The position numbers and the translations under genes are program-made. From IMG/VR virus record IMGVR_UViG_3300037418_000840: a stretch of DNA of 64,000 nt; one strand, written 5' to 3'. This document shows, in pieces, positions 17,305 through 25,119 of the stretch. This DNA comes from a virus. Lineage: Duplodnaviria > Caudoviricetes. The notes under the pieces are model-generated. The model was not told the origin of the DNA, did not search any database, and saw nothing but the letters and a program-made list of their open reading frames with translations. Each line of letters opens with the position of its first letter. Positions within the stretch are counted from its first letter, which is position 1.

Positions 17305-17790
17305 ATGGATTTGGGACCGACTCCTAACCAGAAGATCGTGGTCTGTGACATCGACGGATGCCTCATCGATTCGAGTCATCGCACTGGCCTCTATTTCTCT
17401 GGTGATCATGCAGGTTACTTTGCAGCATCGAAAGACGATAAGGTGATCCCTCAGGGTCAGCACGTGTACCGTGCGTTCTACGACGTGCCGGGTGTACTTC
17501 AACTGTTCGTCACAAGCCGTGGCGACTGGGGAACCTATCGAGAAGTGACCCTTGGTCAACTGCGGGACTTCGTCGGTCCCAAGATCGCTGATCATCAGCT
17601 GTTGATGCGGCCCAAGGGTGTTCAGGGCCTGGACGTGATGTCGGACGAAGTGTACAAGGCGTGGGCTGTGGAGAACGCAGGCTATTCTCTGGCAGATGTC
17701 TGGATGGCTTTCGATGATCGCGAATGCGTTGTCGAAATGTGGCGACGTAGGGGTGTCGTCTGCTACCATACGCAGCCCGGCTTGTACTGA
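17305..17790 (+). CDS. HAD-family phosphatase (PNKP 3'-phosphatase-like)
   Basis: VCDIDGCL (motif I), VTSR (II), LLMRP...K (III), AFDDR...VVEMWRR (IV). Confidence 0.85.
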   Translation: MDLGPTPNQKIVVCDIDGCLIDSSHRTGLYFSGDHAGYFAASKDDKVIPQGQHVYRAFYDVPGVLQLFVTSRGDWGTYREVTLGQLRDFVGPKIADHQLLMRPKGVQGLDVMSDEVYKAWAVENAGYSLADVWMAFDDRECVVEMWRRRGVVCYHTQPGLY

Positions 17791-17800
17791 GGTTACGCTT

Positions 17801-18331
17801 ATGGATAGCAAGCAATTAGTCAAGGACCGTGTGGATCAGGTGATGGCCGCAACGGCTCCGCTCTTCAAGGTGCCCCGTAGTCGCTTACTTGAGTCAGTCG
17901 CTCGTGGATACGGGTTCAACACATTCGCCGCCGCATGTGCAATGACTAGCGGCAATCAGTTTGATACTGACGCGTTCCATCGTCGGTACTCGGAACTCGA
18001 GAACCAGCGTCAAGCGTGCGCCGTTGCTGCCGTTGTTATGGGTTATACGTTGGACCTTCAGTTCACCCCACTGGGACCTGACACTGGAGCGACGGTCATC
18101 TATCAAGTGGAGGCCACTGCCAAGGGTCCTCGTCAGTTGCCTGCTGTCCTTGAATTCTATCTGCCGAAGAAGATACCATCGCGGTTCGTCAGCGATATGG
18201 GCTTCGGTGAAGAGGGTTCCGAGTTCGGGTTCTTACGCCGTGGCTCCTGGCAGGGTCAGTACTACGCGGTCAACAATCTGAAATGGGGTCGTGCTAGTTT
18301 AGCGCGGGCCATTTTCTCAGCACTGTATTGA
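17801..18331 (+). CDS. hypothetical protein
   Basis: 176 aa, GAGG SD. Confidence 0.65.
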   Translation: MDSKQLVKDRVDQVMAATAPLFKVPRSRLLESVARGYGFNTFAAACAMTSGNQFDTDAFHRRYSELENQRQACAVAAVVMGYTLDLQFTPLGPDTGATVIYQVEATAKGPRQLPAVLEFYLPKKIPSRFVSDMGFGEEGSEFGFLRRGSWQGQYYAVNNLKWGRASLARAIFSALY

Positions 18332-18341
18332 GGAGCATCAA

Positions 18342-18710
18342 ATGAATGAAGATCAAGACAAGAGTTTGGGTGCCCGTGTCCAACGCGCTCTGAACCGTGT
18401 CGCCAAATGGCGTACTGTCTATGTATCCTGGCAGTTGGGGACCAGAATCAAGGGCGATCCTGAAGCCGCCGCAGTGCGTGATGCGGCAGAACAACGCATT
18501 ATGCAACGTGTCGAACTATCGGCACTCGCGTCGCTTCTCATTAAGAAGGGCGTGTTCACTATCGACGAGTTCAACGAAGAACTGATTATCGAAGCGGCGG
18601 CTCTTGAGAAGGCGTTGGAGCGCCGGTTCCCCGGCTTTAAAGCCCAGGACAACGGCATGGACGTCAACTTGGCGCTCGCTCGCGATACGATGCATGGATG
18701 GCTGCCCTGA
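18342..18710 (+). CDS. hypothetical protein
   Basis: 122 aa, GAGGAG SD. Confidence 0.7.
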   Translation: MNEDQDKSLGARVQRALNRVAKWRTVYVSWQLGTRIKGDPEAAAVRDAAEQRIMQRVELSALASLLIKKGVFTIDEFNEELIIEAAALEKALERRFPGFKAQDNGMDVNLALARDTMHGWLP

Positions 18711-18744
18711 GCCTCAATAGCGAATTTGATGGCCAAGGAGGTGT

Positions 18745-19173
18745 ATGATGCTCAATATCCATCAAATCGTTAAGAAGGCCAATCGTCTTCGCCAGGAAGG
18801 TGCCCATTACGTACGAATCACCGACTTGAAGAAGGGGTACGACGCGCGCGGTCGCGGCTTTGTCGCCAGCGCCTCGTTCTCTACGCACTTGATTGGGGAA
18901 GACGGTCGCCCTGTTCCAAATCCACACCCTCACAAGTATGTGACGGTCATCACCTTCCTTGACGCGAAGCTCAACGTCAAGGTTAGCTGCTCGTGTGCCG
19001 ACTTCCTTTATCGTTGGGAGGTCGCACTCCATAACAAGGGAGCGGCTGACATCGAATACTCAAATGGCGCATTCCCGACGATGACCAACCCGTCGGGTAA
19101 GCATGCGACGTGTAAGCATCTGATCGCGTTGTACAACCGCATCAAGAACAAGCTGCCTCCACCCAAGTACTGA
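18745..19173 (+). CDS. SWIM zinc-finger protein
   Basis: VSCSCADF ... CKHL (CxC...CxH); AAGGAGG SD. Confidence 0.8.
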   Translation: MMLNIHQIVKKANRLRQEGAHYVRITDLKKGYDARGRGFVASASFSTHLIGEDGRPVPNPHPHKYVTVITFLDAKLNVKVSCSCADFLYRWEVALHNKGAADIEYSNGAFPTMTNPSGKHATCKHLIALYNRIKNKLPPPKY

Positions 19174-19230
19174 TCAGGAGATTTAAATGTTGGAGTCCGT
19201 GAATCGTGTTACCGAGGGAAAGGTCTAGCA

Positions 19231-20205
19231 ATGTCCAAGTCTTATCAGCACAGCAAGACCTTTGATAGCCTGAAGGGCATCAAAGAGCAAGTGGATGGAA
19301 ACTACACGAGTCTCCAGTATTTGCATACGCTGGACATGTTCCTTTGGAACGCATTGACCCCCATCCAGAGCGAATGTCCGTCGTTGTTCAACAACTACAT
19401 GGCGAAGATCACCGCCCATCAGTCGATCAAGTCGAGTACCAAGTTCTCGTCTGACGACCGGTCGATGCTCCCGGTCCATCTGTTTAACATGGTGACCACC
19501 GAGGATCACAAGAAGGCGTATGAGAGTGCGCGTGCCATGTTCATTAATCGTGGCCTGCTCTTTGGCTTTATCGCCATGTTTCTCAAGCGAATGGCTACCT
19601 ACGAGCAACTCCATTCGCCGCTCCTCAAGATGAATCCGGTTAAGCGTGCGACGGCTATCCATCGAATCGAGCGTGATGTCGGTCTTCGCAGTGGGGGCGT
19701 GCTCTACGCTGCGCTTCAGCAGGTGCATCACTGGTATGAGAAAGCTCTGTGGTGGCGCGGGGTCATCCTCGAGAAGTACACGCGACGTGCCTTGGGTGAA
19801 GCTCAACGCACGTACAAGGACTACAACCATTACGTCGAGCTCGATGACGTAGTGCAGATCTTCCTCATGGTGACCGAGCGCGCGATCAACCGTTGTGACG
19901 CCCGCCAAGGTGTGTTGACTACCTTCATCGAGAACTGGTTCAAGTCGGCACGCAGCGCGGTCGCCAATCTGGCTAAGGGCCAGACGGACGCTTCGATCGA
20001 GCAGCTGATCGAAGAGCACGGCGATGCAGCGTCGGACATTGTGGGCTTCACTGTGCCAGACACTAGTGAGGAGACACTCCAGCATATTGCGTTCTTGGCT
20101 AAGAGGTTGGACAAGTTTGGTTACGTTCGGTCCACGCTTGGCATCCCTGAGTTCGTGACTCGTGACCAACGATCCGTACTCGAATCCTTTGTGTTGGAGG
20201 CCTAG
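19231..20205 (+). CDS. sigma70-like phage transcription factor
   Basis: Region-2-like ELDDVVQIFLMVTERAINRCDARQGVLTTFIENWF (cf. DLIQ...AVEKFD..RG.KFSTYA.WW); region-3-like SIEQLIEEHGD. Confidence 0.7.
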   Translation: MSKSYQHSKTFDSLKGIKEQVDGNYTSLQYLHTLDMFLWNALTPIQSECPSLFNNYMAKITAHQSIKSSTKFSSDDRSMLPVHLFNMVTTEDHKKAYESARAMFINRGLLFGFIAMFLKRMATYEQLHSPLLKMNPVKRATAIHRIERDVGLRSGGVLYAALQQVHHWYEKALWWRGVILEKYTRRALGEAQRTYKDYNHYVELDDVVQIFLMVTERAINRCDARQGVLTTFIENWFKSARSAVANLAKGQTDASIEQLIEEHGDAASDIVGFTVPDTSEETLQHIAFLAKRLDKFGYVRSTLGIPEFVTRDQRSVLESFVLEA

Positions 20206-20206
20206 T

Positions 20207-20584
20207 ATGACACGTGAGAGTCGAGCATTCAACAAAGAGGCAAGCCTCGAACTGTCGTTGGCGGCCACCAAGTCATTGATCTCCAATTATGCCATGCGTG
20301 CCCGACACGCTGAAGAGACGGCAAGCCGGTTGATGAGCGAACGCTTGTCTACCGATCAAGTACAACAATTAGGGTCGGTCATCGCGGCTCAAATGGAACA
20401 GCGCGCTAACGAGCGAGCGGTCCAGCAACAGGCGCTTCTACAGTCCACCCTAATTGTATTGAACTCGGCCTTGCAAGGCGACGAGGAAAGTCTGCGCACC
20501 CTAGTAAATACCACAGTGCAGCAGTTGACAATGGCCCTGTCTCACATGAACGGTGGACAGGCAGGCAAACGCAATCAAGGATAG
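20207..20584 (+). CDS. hypothetical coiled-coil protein
   Basis: GGAGG SD, ATG 20207; Q/L-rich helical sequence. Confidence 0.65.
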   Translation: MTRESRAFNKEASLELSLAATKSLISNYAMRARHAEETASRLMSERLSTDQVQQLGSVIAAQMEQRANERAVQQQALLQSTLIVLNSALQGDEESLRTLVNTTVQQLTMALSHMNGGQAGKRNQG

Positions 20585-20587
20585 TCG

Positions 20588-22162
20588 ATGGCCCGACAAC
20601 AAGGTACAGACTTCGATGAAGTCCAGACCGGTGGGGGCGGTGGTCGTAACAAGAAGAAGGTTACGGACATCATCACACCGTTCAAGTTCCCGGAGAAGAA
20701 GTGGGTGGTGCTGCGACCCATTGGCCCGATCCACAGCTACTCAACGTACTGGATCAAGGCCAAGAAGCGGGACGGCAAGCCCACCAAGTTCCCGACCGAC
20801 AGCCCGTCGTTCGACCCGTCAACGCAGAAGTTCGACAGCACGAAGTACGATCCGTGGTACGAGCTCTACGTTGCCGAGAAGGATGTCGACAAGGATGATC
20901 AGCATGTGCAGATCAACCGTCGCTGGTGGTGCAACATGCTGTTCATCAACGCACTGAAGCAGAAGCCTCGGCGTCCTCCGAAGCCTACGGCTGCAGAACG
21001 CAAGTCTGGATTCAAGGACAAGGACAGCGACACGTGGACACCCTGGGTCCCAGTCGGTTTGCCGAAAGGCGCTGTCGAGAAGATCAAGGACCTGACGGGC
21101 CTCAACACCCGCGAGTCCAAGAAAACCGGGGAGACCGTCGCATACCCGGTGTCACACCCGAAGTACGGCCGCACTGTTCGGATCATGTTCGATCCGGATA
21201 AGAGCCCGGCCGAGCAGTACCAAGTTCAGATCGGCGATCCTCGGCCGTTGACAGAGGAAGAGTTGGAGTATCTCCGCTGGGATACTTCCGATTTGGCAGA
21301 TCCGGAAACGGATCCTAAGGTGATTCGTTCCGATTACGAAGGATGGGCAAAACGTATGGGCATCAAGACCGGCAAGAAGCGCAAGCACGACGTCGAAGAC
21401 ATGGACGACGAGGATCTCGACGATGACGAAACCCTCGACGACGAGGACGAAGACGACGAGGACGAAGCGCCCCGTCGTGGCAAGGGCAAGAAGAAGCCCG
21501 CTGCCAAGAAGCCGGTGAAGGGCAAGCGTCGTGCGTCGGATGATGACGAGGACGAAGACGACGAAGACGAGGACGATGAAGACGACGACCTCGACGACGA
21601 AGATGAAGACGAGGACGACGAACCGCCACGTCGCGGCAAGGCCAAAGCCAAGAAGGCTCCTGCCAAGAAGCGCCGCGCATCGGACGACGATGACGACGAA
21701 GATGAAGACGAGGATGATGAAGACGAAGACGACGACCTCGACGAAGACGACGAGGACGAGGATGATGAACCTCCGCGTCGTGGCAAGGGCAAGAAAGCTC
21801 CGGTGAAGGGCAAGGCCAAGGCCAAGGGCAAACGCGTCGAAGAAGACGACGAGGACGATGAAGACGACGACCTCGACGACGAAGATGAAGACGAGGACGA
21901 AGACGACGAGGACGACGAGCCTCCGCGTCGTGGCAAGGCCAAAGCAAAGGCCAAGGCCGCGCCCAAGAAGGGCAAGCGTGCAGTCGACGAAGACGAGGAC
22001 GATGAAGACGACGACCTCGACGACGAAGATGAAGACGAGGACGAAGACGACGAAGACGAGGACGATGAACCGCCCCGTCGTGGTCGTAAGCCGGCTGCCA
22101 AGAAGGCACCTGCGAAGAAAGTCGCGGCCAAGAAGGCTCCTGCCAAGAAGGGTCGTCGCTGA
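20588..22162 (+). CDS. gp32-like single-stranded DNA-binding protein with block-charged repeat tail
   Basis: Aromatic-rich N-terminal core (LRPIGP..., RRWWCNML, HPKYGRTVRIMF...YQVQ), acidic tail, position directly before RecA/UvsX. Confidence 0.7.
   Translation: MARQQGTDFDEVQTGGGGGRNKKKVTDIITPFKFPEKKWVVLRPIGPIHSYSTYWIKAKKRDGKPTKFPTDSPSFDPSTQKFDSTKYDPWYELYVAEKDVDKDDQHVQINRRWWCNMLFINALKQKPRRPPKPTAAERKSGFKDKDSDTWTPWVPVGLPKGAVEKIKDLTGLNTRESKKTGETVAYPVSHPKYGRTVRIMFDPDKSPAEQYQVQIGDPRPLTEEELEYLRWDTSDLADPETDPKVIRSDYEGWAKRMGIKTGKKRKHDVEDMDDEDLDDDETLDDEDEDDEDEAPRRGKGKKKPAAKKPVKGKRRASDDDEDEDDEDEDDEDDDLDDEDEDEDDEPPRRGKAKAKKAPAKKRRASDDDDDEDEDEDDEDEDDDLDEDDEDEDDEPPRRGKGKKAPVKGKAKAKGKRVEEDDEDDEDDDLDDEDEDEDEDDEDDEPPRRGKAKAKAKAAPKKGKRAVDEDEDDEDDDLDDEDEDEDEDDEDEDDEPPRRGRKPAAKKAPAKKVAAKKAPAKKGRR
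21385..22162 (+). repeat. five imperfect coding repeats: D/E block + (A/P)PRRG + K/A-rich block
   Basis: GACGAC/GAAGAC-rich units visible in the DNA; protein has EAPRRG/EPPRRG x5 and terminal PAKK repeats. Confidence 0.9.
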
Positions 22163-22202
22163 TCTGCAGTCGTAGCACCATGTAGTTCATCGTGAGCAGC
22201 AC

Positions 22203-22240
22203 GGGCCAGCCTGGACGCAAGTTCACGCTGGCTCTTTTCA
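22203..22240 (+). terminator. intrinsic terminator
   Basis: GCCAGC-TGGAC[GCAA]GTTCA-GCTGGC stem with GNRA loop followed by TCTTTT. Confidence 0.75.
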
Positions 22241-22263
22241 TTTCTACTTCCTCTAGGAATACG

Positions 22264-23808
22264 ATGGCAACCAAACCCAAGACAGCCGTGCGTAAAGCCG
22301 CTCCCGCGAAAAAGACAGCGGTTGCGAAATCGGCGAAGAAGGGACGTGGCCGATTCGTGGACGAGGCTATAGAGCAGGAGATCGGTAGTGGCGCACCTGC
22401 GAAGTTTGACGTGCGTGCGCTCTATCGGGCTACTGTCGATGAAGTGGCGAAACGCCAAAACTTCGACAGTGACCTCTTGGAGGATATGCCTCCAATGTCG
22501 ACAGGCCTCCTTGCCCTTGACCTGATCCATGGTGGCGGGATCCGTCCCGCATGGTACACGCACTACGGGCCGGAACAAAGCGCGAAGACCACCGGAGCAT
22601 TGACCATCATGGCCGCAGCAATCCGGGCTGCGGTGCCTATCATCGGCTTCAAGGACTACGAAGGTTCGACGAAGAACTCGAAGCCTTACGTGGGCAACAT
22701 CTTACGGACATGCGGTGTCAAGGTATCGATCAAGGACGTGTTCGGTCGTCGTGATCCTACGACAGGCAAGTGGGTTGTTGAACCGACTGTTCGTTATCGC
22801 AGTGAAACCGTTGGGGAGAAATTCTTCGACTATCTGGCGGATCTGCTGCGCAAACTACCCGACAAGAAGAAGGTCAACAATCAATGGTGGCTGGTCTACG
22901 AACGGACCAAGATCAACATGGCGAAGGTCGGTCAGTACGCCGACAAAGCTATGGCTCGCAAGTACGGTGAAGGTTTGTGGCTTCCTGCGCCAGACGGCGG
23001 TCTCCAAGCCTTGATTCTTGTCGATTCGTATCCGGGTATGAACCCGACATCCAACGATGACGACGATTCGGACAACAGTCTCGCACTCCAAGCACGGATG
23101 TTCTCCAAGCACATTCCGCGTGTGAAGGGTCGACTTGCTAGCAAGATGGTGGCCGTCATCGGCATCAATCAGCTACGCAAGATTCCTATGGCGCGCTACG
23201 GCCCAACCGAAGACGAACCGTGCGGTCAAGCACTGAAGTTCAATTCGGACTCTCGTCTACGCTGGTATCCGCGCGTCGTTCCTTCCGCTCCTCTGTGGTG
23301 TAAGGAGAACAAGGAAGATCGTCTGGAACACGAGCTCTCAGTCGAATCCGACGGGACGGACCGCTATCGCTACATCCATGTCAAGGCCACAAAGAACAAG
23401 ATGTGGACGCCGGGCCGCGAGGGCTGGCTTCGTATCTGGGTCGAAGACGCGGCAGGCGAAGCTCGTGGGTTCGACCCGATGTTCGATACCATGTTCTACT
23501 TGCGACAGACTGGTCAGCTCGTGGCCAAGGATCGTAAGAAGATGTTGCTCAAGCTCAAGGGTCTGGGTGAATCGAAGAAACCGTTGTCTTGGATGGACTT
23601 CAAGGCATGGATTCTTGGGGACAAAGCAACCAAGATCGAGATGAGCAAGAAGGCTGGCTTCAAGCCGATGGACCTGCGTGCCTTCTGTTTCCGTCAAATG
23701 GCAAACGGTGTCGGTGAGGAACTCTACGTGGCGAAGCGTAACGCCATGAAGAAGGCCAAGGGCGAAGACGACGATGCTGACGATGGTGACAGCAAAGACG
23801 ACGAGTGA
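22264..23808 (+). CDS. recA: RecA/UvsX-like recombinase
   Basis: MSTGLLALDL...GGGI, Walker A GPEQSAKTT, Walker B ILVDSY, LALQARMFS, VIGINQLR, GQALKF; 514 aa. Confidence 0.9.
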   Translation: MATKPKTAVRKAAPAKKTAVAKSAKKGRGRFVDEAIEQEIGSGAPAKFDVRALYRATVDEVAKRQNFDSDLLEDMPPMSTGLLALDLIHGGGIRPAWYTHYGPEQSAKTTGALTIMAAAIRAAVPIIGFKDYEGSTKNSKPYVGNILRTCGVKVSIKDVFGRRDPTTGKWVVEPTVRYRSETVGEKFFDYLADLLRKLPDKKKVNNQWWLVYERTKINMAKVGQYADKAMARKYGEGLWLPAPDGGLQALILVDSYPGMNPTSNDDDDSDNSLALQARMFSKHIPRVKGRLASKMVAVIGINQLRKIPMARYGPTEDEPCGQALKFNSDSRLRWYPRVVPSAPLWCKENKEDRLEHELSVESDGTDRYRYIHVKATKNKMWTPGREGWLRIWVEDAAGEARGFDPMFDTMFYLRQTGQLVAKDRKKMLLKLKGLGESKKPLSWMDFKAWILGDKATKIEMSKKAGFKPMDLRAFCFRQMANGVGEELYVAKRNAMKKAKGEDDDADDGDSKDDE

Positions 23809-23820
23809 CCAATGATGTAC

Positions 23821-23843
23821 GGGGATCCCAGAGCGGGATCCCC
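23821..23843. terminator. perfect 9-bp hairpin after recA (weak terminator or processing site)
   Basis: GGGGATCCC agagc GGGATCCCC; only a short T tract follows. Confidence 0.5.
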
Positions 23844-23864
23844 ATTTGCGCTTAAGGAGCAGCA

Positions 23865-24320
23865 ATGGATCGATCAGGATACGATAGCGATGTCCGTGAC
23901 TATGGCAATATGTTGCGTGAACGCCTGCTTGCGGTCGATATCGAAGTCGCGTTCGTAGACCGTGGCCTACGCGCTGTGTATCGCAGTCGGAGCCCTTATC
24001 ACCAACGGACTAAGATTCATGCACCACCACTTTCTATCGCCCAGGGAACGACCACCGACGAGCTAGTGAACAATGTATTCGCGCATCTAAACAAGATGTA
24101 CTCCGAGTACAACGGATTGCTCATCAAGGAAGATCTCAAGTCACACGTGGTGATCAACAACCTGACGTTCTTTGGCTATTACGACGATGCACCACTGCAC
24201 TTTGTTCTCACGTATCAGGCGACTGTTATACATGTGAGCGAGCAGGTTGAACTGTCCACCAGGATAAAGAACGATGAATCCAAAGTCCAAGATCAAATCC
24301 CAGCCACGGTCACGGCCTAG
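23865..24320 (+). CDS. hypothetical protein
   Basis: 151 aa, AAGGAG SD. Confidence 0.7.
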   Translation: MDRSGYDSDVRDYGNMLRERLLAVDIEVAFVDRGLRAVYRSRSPYHQRTKIHAPPLSIAQGTTTDELVNNVFAHLNKMYSEYNGLLIKEDLKSHVVINNLTFFGYYDDAPLHFVLTYQATVIHVSEQVELSTRIKNDESKVQDQIPATVTA

Positions 24321-25116
24321 CGCTAAGATCAATCTGTCCACTCGGCAGGAAGAGCAGAACGCCGATGATTTGTTTTCGGCACTGACTGTCATGGGTGCGT
24401 CAATCCCTAAGGATGAAGTACGGACGCCCCTCAATCCAGCTGACAAGGCACGTCTGCGCAAATCAGCAAAGACCAAGCTCACACAGAAACAGAAGTCTGT
24501 AGTTGCCCAGCTGAAGAAGCCTAAGCTACCACAGCTTCCGTCACCCGATCTCGTCCCGAAGAAAAAGATCAAGCGACGGCCAGTAGTGTCGGAACGTAGG
24601 TCAGAACGTAGGTCGGAATTCTTCTTCCGGCTTAGTGAGAGTTTCCAGCAAGAATTAGATCGGCGTCGTAAGGCTCTGGCAAAGAAACGAGTCAACCCGG
24701 CACTTGTGTTACTCGATCAGGAAGTAGAAGAACGCAAGAAGGTATACGAACAAGAGCTTCCTGAGGGTCTTCAGGCCAATATCGAACGTGTCCGCGAATT
24801 CATACTGACCGAAGTGGCTCCCCTTATGATGGCTGTCCAAGCAGGAACCAAGCAGGCTCAGGAAGTGATACAGCGCACACTGAACACCGCGATCGACGAA
24901 CGTCCATTAGTGCAATTTGAACTCATGACGCAATCTGCGGGCCGTATGCGAATGGCTAAGTTCATCACTAAGTATATGGGACTCGATGAGTCCGTTGCTG
25001 AAGAGCTCTTGGCCACGGTCGCTCCTAAGAAAGAGATGATGATCTTCCATCCAGGAATGGTGGACGAAGGTCGTCGTCAGAAAAAGGAGAAGCCCGCACC
25101 CACACCGAAGGAGTAA
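24274..25116 (+). CDS. basic hypothetical protein upstream of TerL (small-terminase candidate by position only)
   Basis: 280 aa, K/R-rich N-terminus, helical C-terminus, ends 3 nt before terL. Confidence 0.65.
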   Translation: MNPKSKIKSQPRSRPSAKINLSTRQEEQNADDLFSALTVMGASIPKDEVRTPLNPADKARLRKSAKTKLTQKQKSVVAQLKKPKLPQLPSPDLVPKKKIKRRPVVSERRSERRSEFFFRLSESFQQELDRRRKALAKKRVNPALVLLDQEVEERKKVYEQELPEGLQANIERVREFILTEVAPLMMAVQAGTKQAQEVIQRTLNTAIDERPLVQFELMTQSAGRMRMAKFITKYMGLDESVAEELLATVAPKKEMMIFHPGMVDEGRRQKKEKPAPTPKE

Positions 25117-25119
25117 CTT

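Noticed and set aside
21385-22162. GACGAC/GAAGAC repeats considered as a CRISPR array or satellite
   Set aside because: They are imperfect, in-frame, codon-level repeats without constant-length direct repeats and unique spacers.
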